Source: Patellaria atrata CBS 101060 (lineage: Eukaryota). From it: 64,000 bases of DNA. Where the stretch lies: positions 383,905 through 447,904 of the forward strand of contig MU006097.1 in assembly GCA_010093705.1 (NCBI GenBank), written 5' to 3'. Position numbers and translations under genes: made by a program. A model generated the notes under the pieces. That model did not search any database. It worked only from the letters and a program-made list of their open reading frames with translations, and was not told the origin of the DNA. Positions 1 through 12,208 of this stretch are shown here, in pieces (within the stretch, counting starts at the first letter, position 1; every line of letters begins with the position of its first letter).

Positions 1-1051
1 AGATCTTGACTGCGCCGTCGTTGCCGCCGGAGGCGAAGACATTCTTTTCGTTTGGTGACCATTGGAGCTCTTCGACTGTGCCGGCGTGGCCTATGTAAGG
101 TGTTGTGTCTGTGACGAAACCGCCGCCTTGGGTGCGGGTTGTCGCGAAGATGCGGCCTCCGATGTCACCAGTGAGGACTTTGCCTTCGGGGATCATGGGA
201 GACCAGTCTACCGCGTAGCCTTCTACGGACTTGTGCGCGCGGACGGTACAAAGGGGTTTGTTTTGCTGGGGAGTTACTGTGGCGCCGGGGGTGTCGAATG
301 TGGATATGTGAGGGGTGATGTCGTGGATGAGCACTTGGCCTGATTCTGTCATAGCAGCCGAGAGAGTCGTGGGAGGCTTTGCGGTGGTGGATTGGGGAGA
401 TTGATGGACTCGTATACGGTTTGTAGTGGAAGTTAGGGGTATCGATTTGGTCTCTAGGATGGGATCTGAGGTTTCATCGTCGTCTTCGTCTGAGTCTTCT
501 TCAGCCTCGCGCTCCATACGGCTGAGACCGCTGAGCTTCATGACCATTATTTGGTTATCCTTTTCTCTTCCTCGTGCTGCTTGCGTGCCTGCTACTGCGT
601 ATACAATTGCCGGGTATGATTTGCGATTGTCACCTAGTTGGTCCTTTATGATATCTAGCGATAAACAAGGCCAAGGGGCTTCTAATGAATGTAGCATCTC
701 GTACGTGGACAGGTCGGGCGCTAGAGTCTCTCCAGCGGATAACTTATGTCTTCCCGGTATAAAGGTATCTTGGTCTACGTCCATTGCATCTGCAGTATCG
801 TTAGACTGACGGTTATGGTAGTGCTTAAGGTGCAGTGAGGCTCACATACTCTCACGCTCTTCAGCCTCCCTCTCTTCATCCGGTCTACCATCTACTCCTG
901 CCTCGAAGATTTCGTCTTCACTCTCGAATTCATCTTCGTATTCATCCTCGAATTCGCCCGCTTCATCTGGTATCTCGGGTTTAAGAGGTCTTTCGCCGGC
1001 TTTGAGAGTATCCGCCTCTTGCTCAGACGTTTCCGCGCGCCTTTTACTCAT
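1..1051 (-). CDS. RRB1: Ribosome assembly protein Rrb1 (GRWD1-like WD40 protein), 3'-truncated by window edge
   Basis: Exon 1051-850, GT-AG intron 849-790, exon 789-<1. Acidic N-terminus (GEFEDEYEDEFESEDE), then LAPDLSTYEMLHSLEAPWPCLSLDII, EGYAVDWSP and GHAGTVEELQWSPNEKNVFAS, typical of Rrb1/CAF1C-WD40. Confidence 0.93.
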
Positions 1052-1573
1052 CTTTTATAAGTGATTTTATAATTCGAAAGTGATTAGCAAAGGTTTGTTT
1101 TAATATTTTTTATGGGAATATCTGGTGCTGGGACTTTTTTTGATATAAAATCTTGGCGAGGATCATCCATCCCACTTGGTGCTGTTTGATGGTTTGACGG
1201 TTTGACATGCCCCGAGTCAAGCAATTCCCTGCCCGAGGATAAACAGCCCAGCAAGCCACTCCAAACATTTCAATTCACATACCCAGACGCTCACATTTTG
1301 CGTTCAATTCTCTCAGGACCTTATAGAAGGACGTATTTCGCCCTGGATATGTATACTGCCCCGTTACTATCGGCCAAACGGGCTTGACGCGAACCAGACA
1401 CCAACTTCTCCTTGGCGGCTAGTAGATTGACCAGTCAGCACGCAAACTCGAAAATTCGCGATATTGAGATTCGAGGGTGAATTTGAACCTGCAAGAGAAG
1501 GGCATTCCCGGATAACACCACTTATCTACCCCGTTTGTACTCCCATCTTCCTCGAGCTCGTTCGTGGTAAACA

Positions 1574-2902
1574 ATGGATACTCACATGGACATGACAACA
1601 TCTCCACCTCAAAGTTACGGCTTCGAGAATCAAACACAACCTCAAATGGAGGTCCCAATACACACTCCGTTGCAAGCTGAGGCGCAGGTACAACCGCAGC
1701 CGCTACCTCAGCCGGACCCTCAACCACAACCTCGACCGCAGTATCAAGACCATCCAATGGAGGGTGACGATAGTAATAACACAACTATTACAGCATCGAC
1801 CATCCAGCAGCTGCCCGAGATCTACAATAACGGTTATAACAATCAACACTCGCATGATACTCGACCGCAAACCTCATACTCTGAGACGGGTTTCTCAAGA
1901 TCATATGGGAACACTCCAGTTGAACATCCACCCCCATATCAGCAATTCGCTCCACCCTCAGATCAGGGCACTCCGCCCTTGCACCAACAACCATATAGTA
2001 GTCGACCAGTGTCTAGACCATCCTCGAGACCGTCCTCAAGTCTATCAGGTACCACTCTGCAACAGGACCGATACAGCTTCTCGGAAGGCCTAACGCGATC
2101 GACGACGTCAACGACCTATCAGGAACAAAACCAAAGGACTTCTCAACCACCACCAGAAAAGAACACCAGCAGCGTGGTCATAAAAGTTGGGATGGTAGGG
2201 GACGCACAGATCGGGAAGACGAGTTTAATGGTGAAATACGTTGAGGGAAGTTGGGATGAAGATTACATTCAAACTCTGGGTATGGCAAATGTGCAACTTG
2301 CTCATAGCGATGGCTAACATGGGGCACCTAGGTGTTAATTTCATGGAAAAGACAATATCCATCCGAAACACGGAAATTACCTTCTCGATATGGGATCTGG
2401 GCGGGCAAAGAGAATTCGTCAACATGCTCCCACTCGTCTGTAATGACGCCGTAGCCATCCTGTTCATGTTCGACTTGACACGAAAAAGTACGCTCAACTC
2501 AATTAAGGAATGGTACAGGCAAGGCAGGGGTTTCAATAAGACCGCTATCCCGTTCCTAGTTGGTACAAAGTATGATCACTTCGTGAACTTTCCCCGAGAG
2601 GAGCAGGAAGAGATATCGAATCAGGTCCGTAGCCATAATCATCCTCAAAACAAACCGTCAACTGACTTCATAATCAGGCCAAACGTTTTGCAAAAGCCAT
2701 GAAAGCAAGTCTCATATTTAGCAGCACAAGTCATAGCATAAACGTGCAAAAGGTCAGTCGATCTTTCCCACCGCTAGTTACCGCATCTAATCGGCTGCAG
2801 ATCTTCAAGATTGTTCTCTCCAAGGCTTTTGACCTACGCTGCACGATCCCTGAAATCGAACACATCGGCGAACCACTCCTGCTTTATCAGTCTGTTGGTT
2901 AG
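1574..2902 (+). CDS. SPG1: Septation initiation network small GTPase Spg1/Tem1 with long low-complexity N-terminus
   Basis: Introns 2280-2331, 2625-2677, 2753-2800 (all GT-AG). Motifs [61 protein letters not shown]. Confidence 0.95.
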
Positions 2903-3505
2903 GATGCCACGGAAAAAGTCTTACGGTGGCGCAGCAGATCGAAAGATAAGAGGATGTAAGGTTTAAAAAGTGCTAGACACGGAATCTGTATGTTTGACGA
3001 TGATGAAGACTTCTCTGGAGTTCTGTACCGGTGGGGAAATCTTGGTAACTTTGCATGGTTTAGGCGCGTTTTACCGGCTGAAAAGCGCAACATGATTTGA
3101 CTTTGTCCGACGGATGAGAGAAGAGGTGCTTGAGTTGGGGATCTATGATAAGTGTAATGTAGAATCTGAAGCACGAGTTTTGCTACGCTCGAGTATTTAC
3201 ACGATTGCTTTGTCGGTTTGCGAAGCGAGGTGATGGGGTGTGGGATTTCGTGATACGGATACCGTATTACACGGTGTTGGCTTTTTCGGTCATATTTACC
3301 CTCCTCCGTGGCTGTCTGCTTGCCGTACGTAAAAGGCTCCGTTCAGATATGAGTACGCACTATAGTTCGAATACACAGCCTCCGTCTGTATACGCGAGAC
3401 CATGCAATTAGTTGAAACTGCGGACAGGGTTCCGCTACCAGGTACGGAACGGGAGGGGGGTTGGAGTAAAGGGTTGAGCGTTGACTAGAGGGGCAGAATA
3501 GGTGT

Positions 3506-3577
3506 GTTGTGATGGGTAGATTGTAGAGAATGAGTGGATTGTGCAGAATGGGCGGGCTGTACGGAATGAGTGGAGTA
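3506..3577. repeat. Imperfect 18-bp tandem repeat, about 4 copies
   Basis: Units gttgtgatgggtagattg / tagagaatgagtggattg / tgcagaatgggcgggctg / tacggaatgagtggagta. Confidence 0.7.
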
Positions 3578-4067
3578 TACAGAAATCTGCGGGTCAGGAC
3601 GGGGTGACTGAACCGTACAGAAATGCTGGATTGTGGCAGTGAGCTGGATAAGACGATTGATTTTCCAACCGTGTTTTGACAAACGATCGCGTACCGAAGG
3701 AGAAGGTGGTGTTAGTGTGTGCAGAAACCTTATGGCAATGGGCGACTATGACGGGAGTAGGGGTTGAATAAGGTAGTGTATATTAACTGAGTAGTGTACG
3801 GTGAAAGGGGGCGGTGTAAGCCAGAAGGGATAAGGAGGTGAAAGGGGCGGCGAGTATGAGGTCAGGTCGGCCTTTCCATAGAAGATATACTTTGTACACG
3901 GTGTATCATTTCTATGATGGATTAAGACAGAAGAAGTCGATTATTAAAGTGGTATCATAGCGCTCCAGTTTCATATGATAATCGCTAATATGCAGTAAAT
4001 GCTACCAAATACGCTCCCTCTACCCAAAATTTCATAAAGTCATTAGTCCAGGGCTTACTTTTAATAA

Positions 4068-5279
4068 TTATACTTCTTGAAGGTCTGTTTTACGAGAGTT
4101 TAAATAGAATCCAAGGGCTTCTTGGGGATTCCAATCAGGTTTGCGATAGACCAAAGTACCGTCGTCGTCGGTATACGTCTTAGCCGTCTTCGCGTGTTTG
4201 ACTGCCTCAAAAAGCCATTCGTCCCAGCTCGTGGTCTGAGGTGCGGCATTGCTCAACCGTATCCAGCGGGCGTCCTTTGTGATAATGATGACTTTCCAAA
4301 GAGCTTGCGTGAAAGAGTCATTTCTATCGATATGGTACTTTCTGCCCTCCAGAGAACCTTCGATGCGCTGATCGATAACCGTATAAGGTGAAGTATCCCA
4401 ATGTGCTTTGGACGGAACAGCAGCTACCAACCAGTATGCTGCGTTGAGAAGCATATATGCGGCTCCGAACGCAGTCTGGGATTGGACCCGGGCGTTACCA
4501 AGTGCGACGACGCCTACCATGAGCAGCATGGTGCCGCATAGGGAGATCAGTCGGTAGACAACGGGATTGGGGACCATATAGTGAATGTTTTCAGGGGCAA
4601 AGTAAAGTTCTCGTGCAACATCCTCAGTACACTTCACAACTAGGAAGCTGCCCTTGGGATATCTCACCACGACATCCCCATCTGGTGTTCTTGAATTCGG
4701 TGTGGGGTTTCTCTTTGCGAATTGTAGCGTCCATTTGTTTCCGATGCCGATAATTGTCGATAATGCGGATAGACTGACCGTAGCCAATAAGGCCATACCG
4801 TCGTCCCAGACAATGGAGAGGACCAAAAGAGCAATGCTGAAGGCGCATCCTAATATTGTGACCCCGGTGACGAGGCTTAGAGTCTTTGCCTTGACTTCCC
4901 AATGTGCAGTTCCTTTTTCTCTTTTTATTTCAACACATCGCACATCAAAGTCTTGCATATTCTCCGCATCTCTTTATAGTATCAGCATTGGTCCGGATTC
5001 TAGGAACTGGAAGACTCACAGGACTATTTGCCCGATGTGATTGATGTACGTTCTATTGTTCCCGGAATGTACACCCGTAACATAGCCTGGTGTGGGTTCG
5101 AGTTTCTCTGGTCGAGCGGGTCGAAGTAGAGCTTGTGGGGCAGGTAGTAGTCGTGGTAGGAAGATGGAGCGTGAGAGTGTGGAGACTTGAGCATTCGCGA
5201 GGATGGATCCCTCACCCAAAATGGCAAGGAAACCAACTATATCAAGGGATAGATCTTGATATCGGTCGATGAAAAACAT
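4068..5279 (-). CDS. Fungal multi-pass membrane protein of unknown function
   Basis: Exon 5279-5020, intron 5019-4972 (GTGAGT..CTGAT..AAG) joins in frame to ORF 4958-4068. Several hydrophobic helices, e.g. LVTGVTILGCAFSIALLVLSIVW and LISLCGTMLLMVGVVALG. Confidence 0.8.
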
Positions 5280-7111
5280 GGTTGAGTCTCTAGAAAAAGA
5301 GCTCTATAGACTATGGATTGACCTCATAGAGGTTGGATTGTTTTAAAGGGATCAAACTGGTGAATAACTAGAGAGCTTCTCGAAGGCAATGAGGCAATAA
5401 CTGAGGCACGGTCAAGCAGAGTACGTGTGCAGATGCTTCAAAATGATGGGATGATAGGAAAGACACTTTCAGTGAAGGCTGGCAGTGCAGTCTGAATAAG
5501 AAGAGAAAGAAACTTTTGACCCTATGGAGAGCGGCGAGACAGAGACGACTGGGGGTTTGAGGAACCGCGAAGATGTGCAGTCTGCATGGCACGGACTGTG
5601 CCGTAAAGAGCACAGCCCCAGACTGGTGAACATGTCGCATCGCGCGGCTGGTTGCAGTGTAATAGTAAACTTTAAGGTCTATTCATCAGGTGTTGAAATG
5701 GATGAGTCCATGGCCTTGACTATGCGGGATATACAGCTCCTGGTACTAATAATGACATGACAACACCATATGTTTTGTCTCTAGAAGTTCACCGGAATAT
5801 TAGAACTAAAGGTAGACGTGGCACTGTAGTAAACGTTAACCACGCATGTCATGAGAGGGTGCGGAGACTGCTACCACTGTATACTCGTGCACCCGGTTTG
5901 TTTTGAATGGTTGATATCAGCAATGCGTCCTCCATAAGGTATCCTGGTGCCTCTTTTGGTGCCCCTTCTTGGTACGGGTACTTTCTTTATTGTCTCTTTG
6001 GCGGCTCTCTGTGCTGTGCTGCGCCCATCTCACCCGCCCTTCATGCTGCTGTACGGTGCTAGCCTGGATTGCTTGGCTCAGCCTTTCGAGTTTCCTCTGA
6101 AGGCCAAGGACCTCATTGAGGACTGTAAATTGACAACTACATCTCTCGGCCCTTGAATAGAATGAAACATTGCTCATCGACTATCGCGCTCCAATTTCCT
6201 CCTTTATCCGGACCCATTTTTCGAGGCAACAGCTCGAAGATTGTGAGTAGCTTGTGTCCGTCTATCCAAATCAGCGCCGTTGAATGTTTACTCGCGTGAT
6301 TCCATGATGTTATTCATTTTCCCTACCATTGAGACGATGAGAGCAATTTGGCTTATACCTTGTGAAATGCTATTTTCTGCTTCTTCATGCTTTCTGTATG
6401 CTGTATCACCACTTTCATACATTCAGGATGGAGAGCTTATTCAGTCGAACGTGACATTTCCATCACGCCCATAAACATCTTAGACATTGGGGCGCAGTAA
6501 TATGAAAAGGATAAAAAGCTGATCATACTTATCAAAGTCATTTCTCCTCGTCATAAAACTATTTGATTCACCCCTGATAGTCCGTGATAAGTGTCAATAA
6601 ACTGCAGGAGAAGGATTTAATGACTTTATCTAAGAGCGAGGCTATCACTAAAGGACCAATCTTCAATATCATTCACTAACCCATCACAGAGGCGCAGCAG
6701 CCGTTCCTTTAACAGAGCGGAGTTATTTGTACCTTAGACTTTACGGGTTTGACCTGTTGAAAGACCGTGTTTTTTGTGCAACTCAAGCTGGACCTCTCGC
6801 GAAGCCGACTCCACGAGCTGGGCATGCGGCGTCCCTGAATGTCACGGCGCACGTTGCGGAAGAAATTGAGCATGAGCGACGACGAAACAGATCTTCAAAA
6901 AAGCACAAATAAACGCTGGCTGTTCGGTTGGGGCTCAAGCAGGTCAACTAAGTGAGTGATTCTTGTTTGTGACTAGTTCAATGTCCCCTGATGTGTCGTT
7001 ACGGCGTGAGTCGATTATCGAGCTGATGAGTGTTTCTGGATACTCCCCGTATTCCTTTCATGAACGGTCACTTATGTTATAAGAAACAGAGATCTTAACG
7101 GGGAAGGGACA

Positions 7112-9120
7112 ATGCCCAAGTCTTCAATATTTGACTCGCTGAGAAAGAGAAAACGAAATCAAGCTCAAATTCCGAACAAGCAAGCTATCGTCATCATGCC
7201 TCCTGAAAAGGTTATTGAGGATACCTCTCAAGTCATAACTGACAAGTTTGAAAACCATCTCGGTAATGTAAAGCCAGAAGATTATCTCACCAAGAAAAAT
7301 TCTCTTATTGAAGAAGAAGAACTGGTTGAGTGGGATCACGATGCAAAACTCAAGGCTACTAAAACTGAAAAAGACGCTGCTAGAGTTGTTTTTCTAATAA
7401 GAGAAGATGAAAGGGAAGGCCTCTTCGGTAATAAAGCCTCGGAAGCGATCCCGGATCCTACGACGAGGGACATGGGCGGCCAATTTCTCACGAACAGGGA
7501 CCGCATAGAGCAGAGCATCGTTTATCAAATTGCTAAAGAAGCACCAAAGGGGGCACATCTACATCTGCACTTCAACTCGGAGATACCTGCGCCTATCTTG
7601 CTGCAAAGAGCGCTTGGTATTGACAATATGTTTATCAGAAGCACTAAGCCTCTACTAGAATTGACCGATTTCGACCAAACAGAGATTGTTTTCAATGTTC
7701 TCCCAGACGACACGCCGACCGCAAATATCTTCTCTCCGGATTACGATCCAGATGTGAAGAAGAAAGAGCCTGGTCCCTGGATGAAGTTGCACGTGTTCCG
7801 TGCGAACTTCCCTAACCCCCGGGGAATATATGCAGACCGTTGGCTTATCGGTAAAATGGTTGTCACAGAAGACGAAGTATACGGCAAGACTCAAACAATT
7901 AATGGGCAAGTCTAATATGAATCGATCATGTGGAGTTTCCCGTTAACATATTTTCAGTATTTGGGCCCGATTCAACCAGGCAACGCGTGCTTTTAAAGGC
8001 TTGTTGAATTATGAGTCTATATATCGTTGGTATATTGGAAGTGCAATTGACAGCATGATCAAGGACGGAGTTATGTATACCGAGATGCGTCCAATGCTTA
8101 TGGACAAGTTTATTCCTGCTGACAATGGAGTGGACCAAGTTGATCACTTTGCACAAATGACTATTATTCAAGAGGAAGTCCAGAAAAAAATGATACAACT
8201 AGGGAATGATATCGATAAATTTCCTTTTGGTGTCAAGATCATTTATTGCGCACCCAGATCCATTCCTAAAACTAGGATGCAACAAGAATTAAAGGATTGC
8301 ATTAAGCTTAAACTGAAATTTCCCGACTTGATTTGCGGTAAGTCAAACCGGTCACTCCACAATACCTCGAACTCCAGATTTGCTAACACTCATCAGGATT
8401 TGACCTCGTAGGCGCAGAGGACAGGGCAAATCACATTGGTTTCTATGCCAATGAACTTACGGCCTTTGTCGAGACCTGCAAATCGCTCAATATCGAGATC
8501 CCATTCTTTTTCCACGCCGGTGAGACACTGCTTGATACAGGGGGCTCGCGGCATCCGGAGAATTCGAACGTTTTCGACGCACTACTCTTCAATAGTAGAA
8601 GAATCGGTCATGGTATCGCTTTGCTCAAGCATCCAGATTTAATTCAGGAGTACAAAAAGAAGAACATCTGCATCGAACTTTGTCCCATCTCAAACGAATT
8701 GCTCCACTTATGTCGAACGATCAAGGAACATCCGTACCCGCAGTTACTCGCTGCTGGATTACACTGTACGGTTAACAGCGATAATCCTTCTTTATTCAGG
8801 TAAGTGCAACATCATGCATCCTATGGGTGGATTGATAGTAATTCTTGGCTGACAGAGGAACCAAAACATTCAGCTCTTCACTTTCGCACGAGTTCTATCA
8901 AGTCATGGTTGGGACACCAAAGTTTTCCCTTCACGGATGGCGTCAGCTAGCCCTGTGGAGTCTTGAACATAGCTGTTTGACCGATGCCGAGAAAGAAAGG
9001 GCGATAAACATTTTTACGGCCAGATGGGAGGCATTTTGCCAGTGGATAATCGATGAACATGGGCCAAAGGCTAACGAGATTGATGCTAGATTTGCTGCTG
9101 AGCTTGTAGCAAAAGCGTAG
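7112..9120 (+). CDS. Adenosine deaminase-like (ADA2/CECR1/ADGF-type) metallo-dependent hydrolase
   Basis: Introns 7906-7957 (GC-AG), 8338-8396, 8800-8873. Motifs PKGAHLHLH, GFDLVGAED, FFHAGE, RIGHG, IELCPISN, VNSDNP. Confidence 0.88.
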
Positions 9121-9598
9121 TCCTCTGGATGAGACACTCAGTCCACCCTCCCCAGCATTATCTCAAACGAGTGCTTCACGGAGCCGAATGGCGTCTTTAC
9201 GGTTTTGATCAATATCCATCTCAGCAAATGGTTTATACTGTTCAAAAGTATGTCTCTTGAAGTGGTGTTTATGGCTCATGTCTATTCTATTTAGTCTTAC
9301 GGTGTCCCAATATCAGGGGTAGAATAGTGATGATACCAATTCAATTTTATGATTATGCAGAATGAGTGTTATCTAAATATATACAGGGGATGTACTTTTA
9401 TAGTAACATCCGGCTTTGATTTCTGCTGAAGCATTTGAATGATACTCACTTCTAGTACCCTTGAGGGACTACTCCGTATTGAATGTTGAAGGAGTTGGGG
9501 CAAGTTTTGCCGAGACGAGACTCCAAGTTCTATTCTAACCAGCTTCACGAAATTTTTGAGAGCTTGCATCCATGACAGCAAAATCATGGAAATTAACG

Positions 9599-10643
9599 AT
9601 GCTAAACGATGACAATGCATCTGATGGAGTTTATCAATCCGATTCCCAATCTGCATCTGATCGTGCAGCTCGCAGCAGCATATTCTCCGTACCTAGCCCG
9701 ATAAAATGGCTGTTCAATAGCGTTCCTCTCATAACTTATGGCGCAAATGAACTACCTTTGCGCGTACCTCGACGAAACGATCAGAATGCACTATACATAT
9801 TTACTACCCAACATGGAGCTACGCGAGGGGATCCATCCTTCAATCCCAGCTGCCTGAGATGGCAGGTGAGTCGCACCTTACCTCAATTCTCAATGTATTA
9901 TCCTAGGGAGGATACTAACCTGGAATGCGTCTACAGGCTTACCTCAAGTTTTGTCATATTGAACATACCACGGTCGTATCAAACAATCATGCATCTCCAA
10001 GCGGTGCTCTTCCTTTCCTTCTCCCCTCCGTTGCCAAAGGCACCGATAGAGCGGTGCCAGTCCCGTCAAGCAAGCTACAAAGATGGGTCGCACAGAACAC
10101 CGCCAACGTAGTAGACGAGGCCTATGACTTGCGTTACGATGCATATCTGTCTCTTATTGATCATCGGATACGTCGGGCCTGGGTAAGAAGCTCTTCATAA
10201 TGCGAGAGAATGTAAGAAAACTAACAGAAGGGCCACTGAAGTTGTATACCCTCTATCTTACCTCGAACTTTCACACTATTGTTGTCCCACTCTATGTTGA
10301 TCCCAGCTCAACAAATCCTCTCGTACGGATGGCAATCGCCCACGAACTTCGATCCGCGGCCGAAACGGAGTTGTTGAAACATTCGGTGGTCATTGACGCG
10401 GAGCTCATATACCAACAAGCCGAAGAAGCACTTATAGCACTCGAAAGTGTACTCGGCAACTCAGAATGGTTCTTCGGGGCTAGAGCCCCTAGACTCTTTG
10501 ATGCAGCTATATTTGCATACACACATTTGCTACTAGACGAAAAGTTAGGGAATGGGTGGGCGGAAGTGAGGATGAGTAGAATAGTTCGCAAACACGGCAG
10601 ACTTGTACATCATAGGAACGCGATCTTAGACATGTATTTTTAG
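9599..10643 (+). CDS. SAM35: Mitochondrial SAM complex subunit Sam35 / metaxin-like GST-fold protein
   Basis: Introns 9866-9936 and 10183-10241. Motifs PSFNPSCLRWQAYLKF, SNNHASPSGALPFL, WFFGARAPRLFDAAIFAYTHLL. Start may be 9572. Confidence 0.82.
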
Positions 10644-11140
10644 GCTAAGACATTGAAGACGTCGGTCGGATTTTCTTGTACGGATGTATACTACCGGCAA
10701 TTGTACTATAGTAAGTAGCATGTGACGGCGCGTTAGGTTGGTTCCACTCAGCGCGTCAAAGCCTCTACGCGACGGCTCCCTGAAGTCCGGAAAGGACTAG
10801 ATCAAAACTCTTATTTGATGGCAAGCTTTCCTCTCCTGAGCAGCTTCATAGAGCGTGGCGTCGTCTGGCATCCCCCAGTATTGGCGAGGTGCGATGGAAG
10901 TGAGTCATCTTGATGAATGAAGACACCGCACGCAAGCGGTCTATGCAAGGCGTATGGATGAAACTTCAGATATAAAACCGTCGAAATTTTCTTTCAATTT
11001 GGATTGGAGATGACTTCTTTTTCGTTTGGACACTTTTTCGAAGGGAATTTATCCAGATACGTCTTGTTTAAGCTTCGTTGTCGATCTCAGCCCAGGGTCT
11101 AGCATTACTAAAATAGGAAAAAGGAACGTTGCATTTCATC

Positions 11141-12208
11141 ATGACACAACCGTCCCTCAACTTCACTTTCGATACTTCTCTCGTTGATCTCGAGAGAAGG
11201 GATATCAATCCAACGTCAAGTTTCACTTCAGATGTAACTCAGGCATCAGGAGACACAATTCCATATGTCTATGCTCAAGTCGCAACTGAGGGTTCAGAAG
11301 AAGAGGCTTCATTGGCCAATGAAAAGAAGACCCCAACAATGGCATCTTCAGCCTTCGATCGTCCCATAGATCGGGAATCTACATCATCTGAATCATCTAG
11401 TAAGTAAATTCCAGTCGAACATTCAAATACCCACTGACCGCAAGCAGGACCTACTCGTTACGTATCCACAGCGGAAGCATATGCAGCGTGGGCTTCTGTT
11501 TATGATACGGATGGAAATATCTTACAAGCTGTCGATGATCTCGAGCTTGCTTCGATGCTCCCCGAATTTCTCTCAGCAGTGGAACAATTATCCGGAATGC
11601 TTAAAATCATCGATTTTGGCTGCGGCACTGGTCGAAATACCGTGAAATTAGCATCTCAACTCTCTTCCCAGCTGGATGTCGAAATAATCGGAATTGATTT
11701 ATCACCAGAAATGCTCTCGCTCGCGGGGAGCAAACTATCTCGTCTCTCGCTCCCACCATCCATTAGGTGGAAGCTGTTTGCTCATGATTTCCTCGATACA
11801 AAGTCGTCGGACGAGATTAATGCATTATCATCCTCAGCAGATGCTATCATCTCAACTCTTGTGTTAGAACACTTTCCAGCACCTCTTTACTTCCAGTCCC
11901 TAGCTTCCTTAATTAATGTGGGTGGTTACGCTTTAGTAACGAACATGCACTCCGAGATGGGTGCTAAATCTCAAGCGGGCTTCGTCCACATCGATGAGAA
12001 CGGGAAGGAGGTCAAGATTCGGGGCAAGAGCTATGTTGTCACGCCGGCCGAAACAGTTGAGGTAGCTAAAAAAGAGGGCTTCGAAGTCATGGGGACAGTG
12101 AAGGAAAGAGCCGTCACCCAAGAAATGGTGGACAGCCTAGGTGTTAGAGCGGGCAAATGGGTGGGTGTGAAGGTGTGGTATGGGCTTGTGTTAAAGCGTG
12201 TGCGGTGA
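11141..12208 (+). CDS. Class I SAM-dependent methyltransferase
   Basis: Intron 11400-11447 restores frame. Motifs AYAAWASVYDTDGNILQ, motif I IIDFGCGTGRNT, GIDLSPEML, IISTLVLEH. Start could be 11339. Confidence 0.85.

Noticed and set aside
6190..6285. Minus-strand NGADLDRR..LRAVASKNG, faintly ankyrin-like
   Set aside because: Single poor match bounded by stops; cannot be supported.
7023..7045. CTGATGAG followed by a hairpin, resembling a hammerhead ribozyme core
   Set aside because: No GAAA after stem II and no stems I/III found.
10723..10800. Two small hairpins (tgacggcgc..gcgcgtca; gtcc-ggaaa-ggac)
   Set aside because: No tRNA cloverleaf, box A/B or ribozyme consensus; compatible with chance or promoter palindromes.
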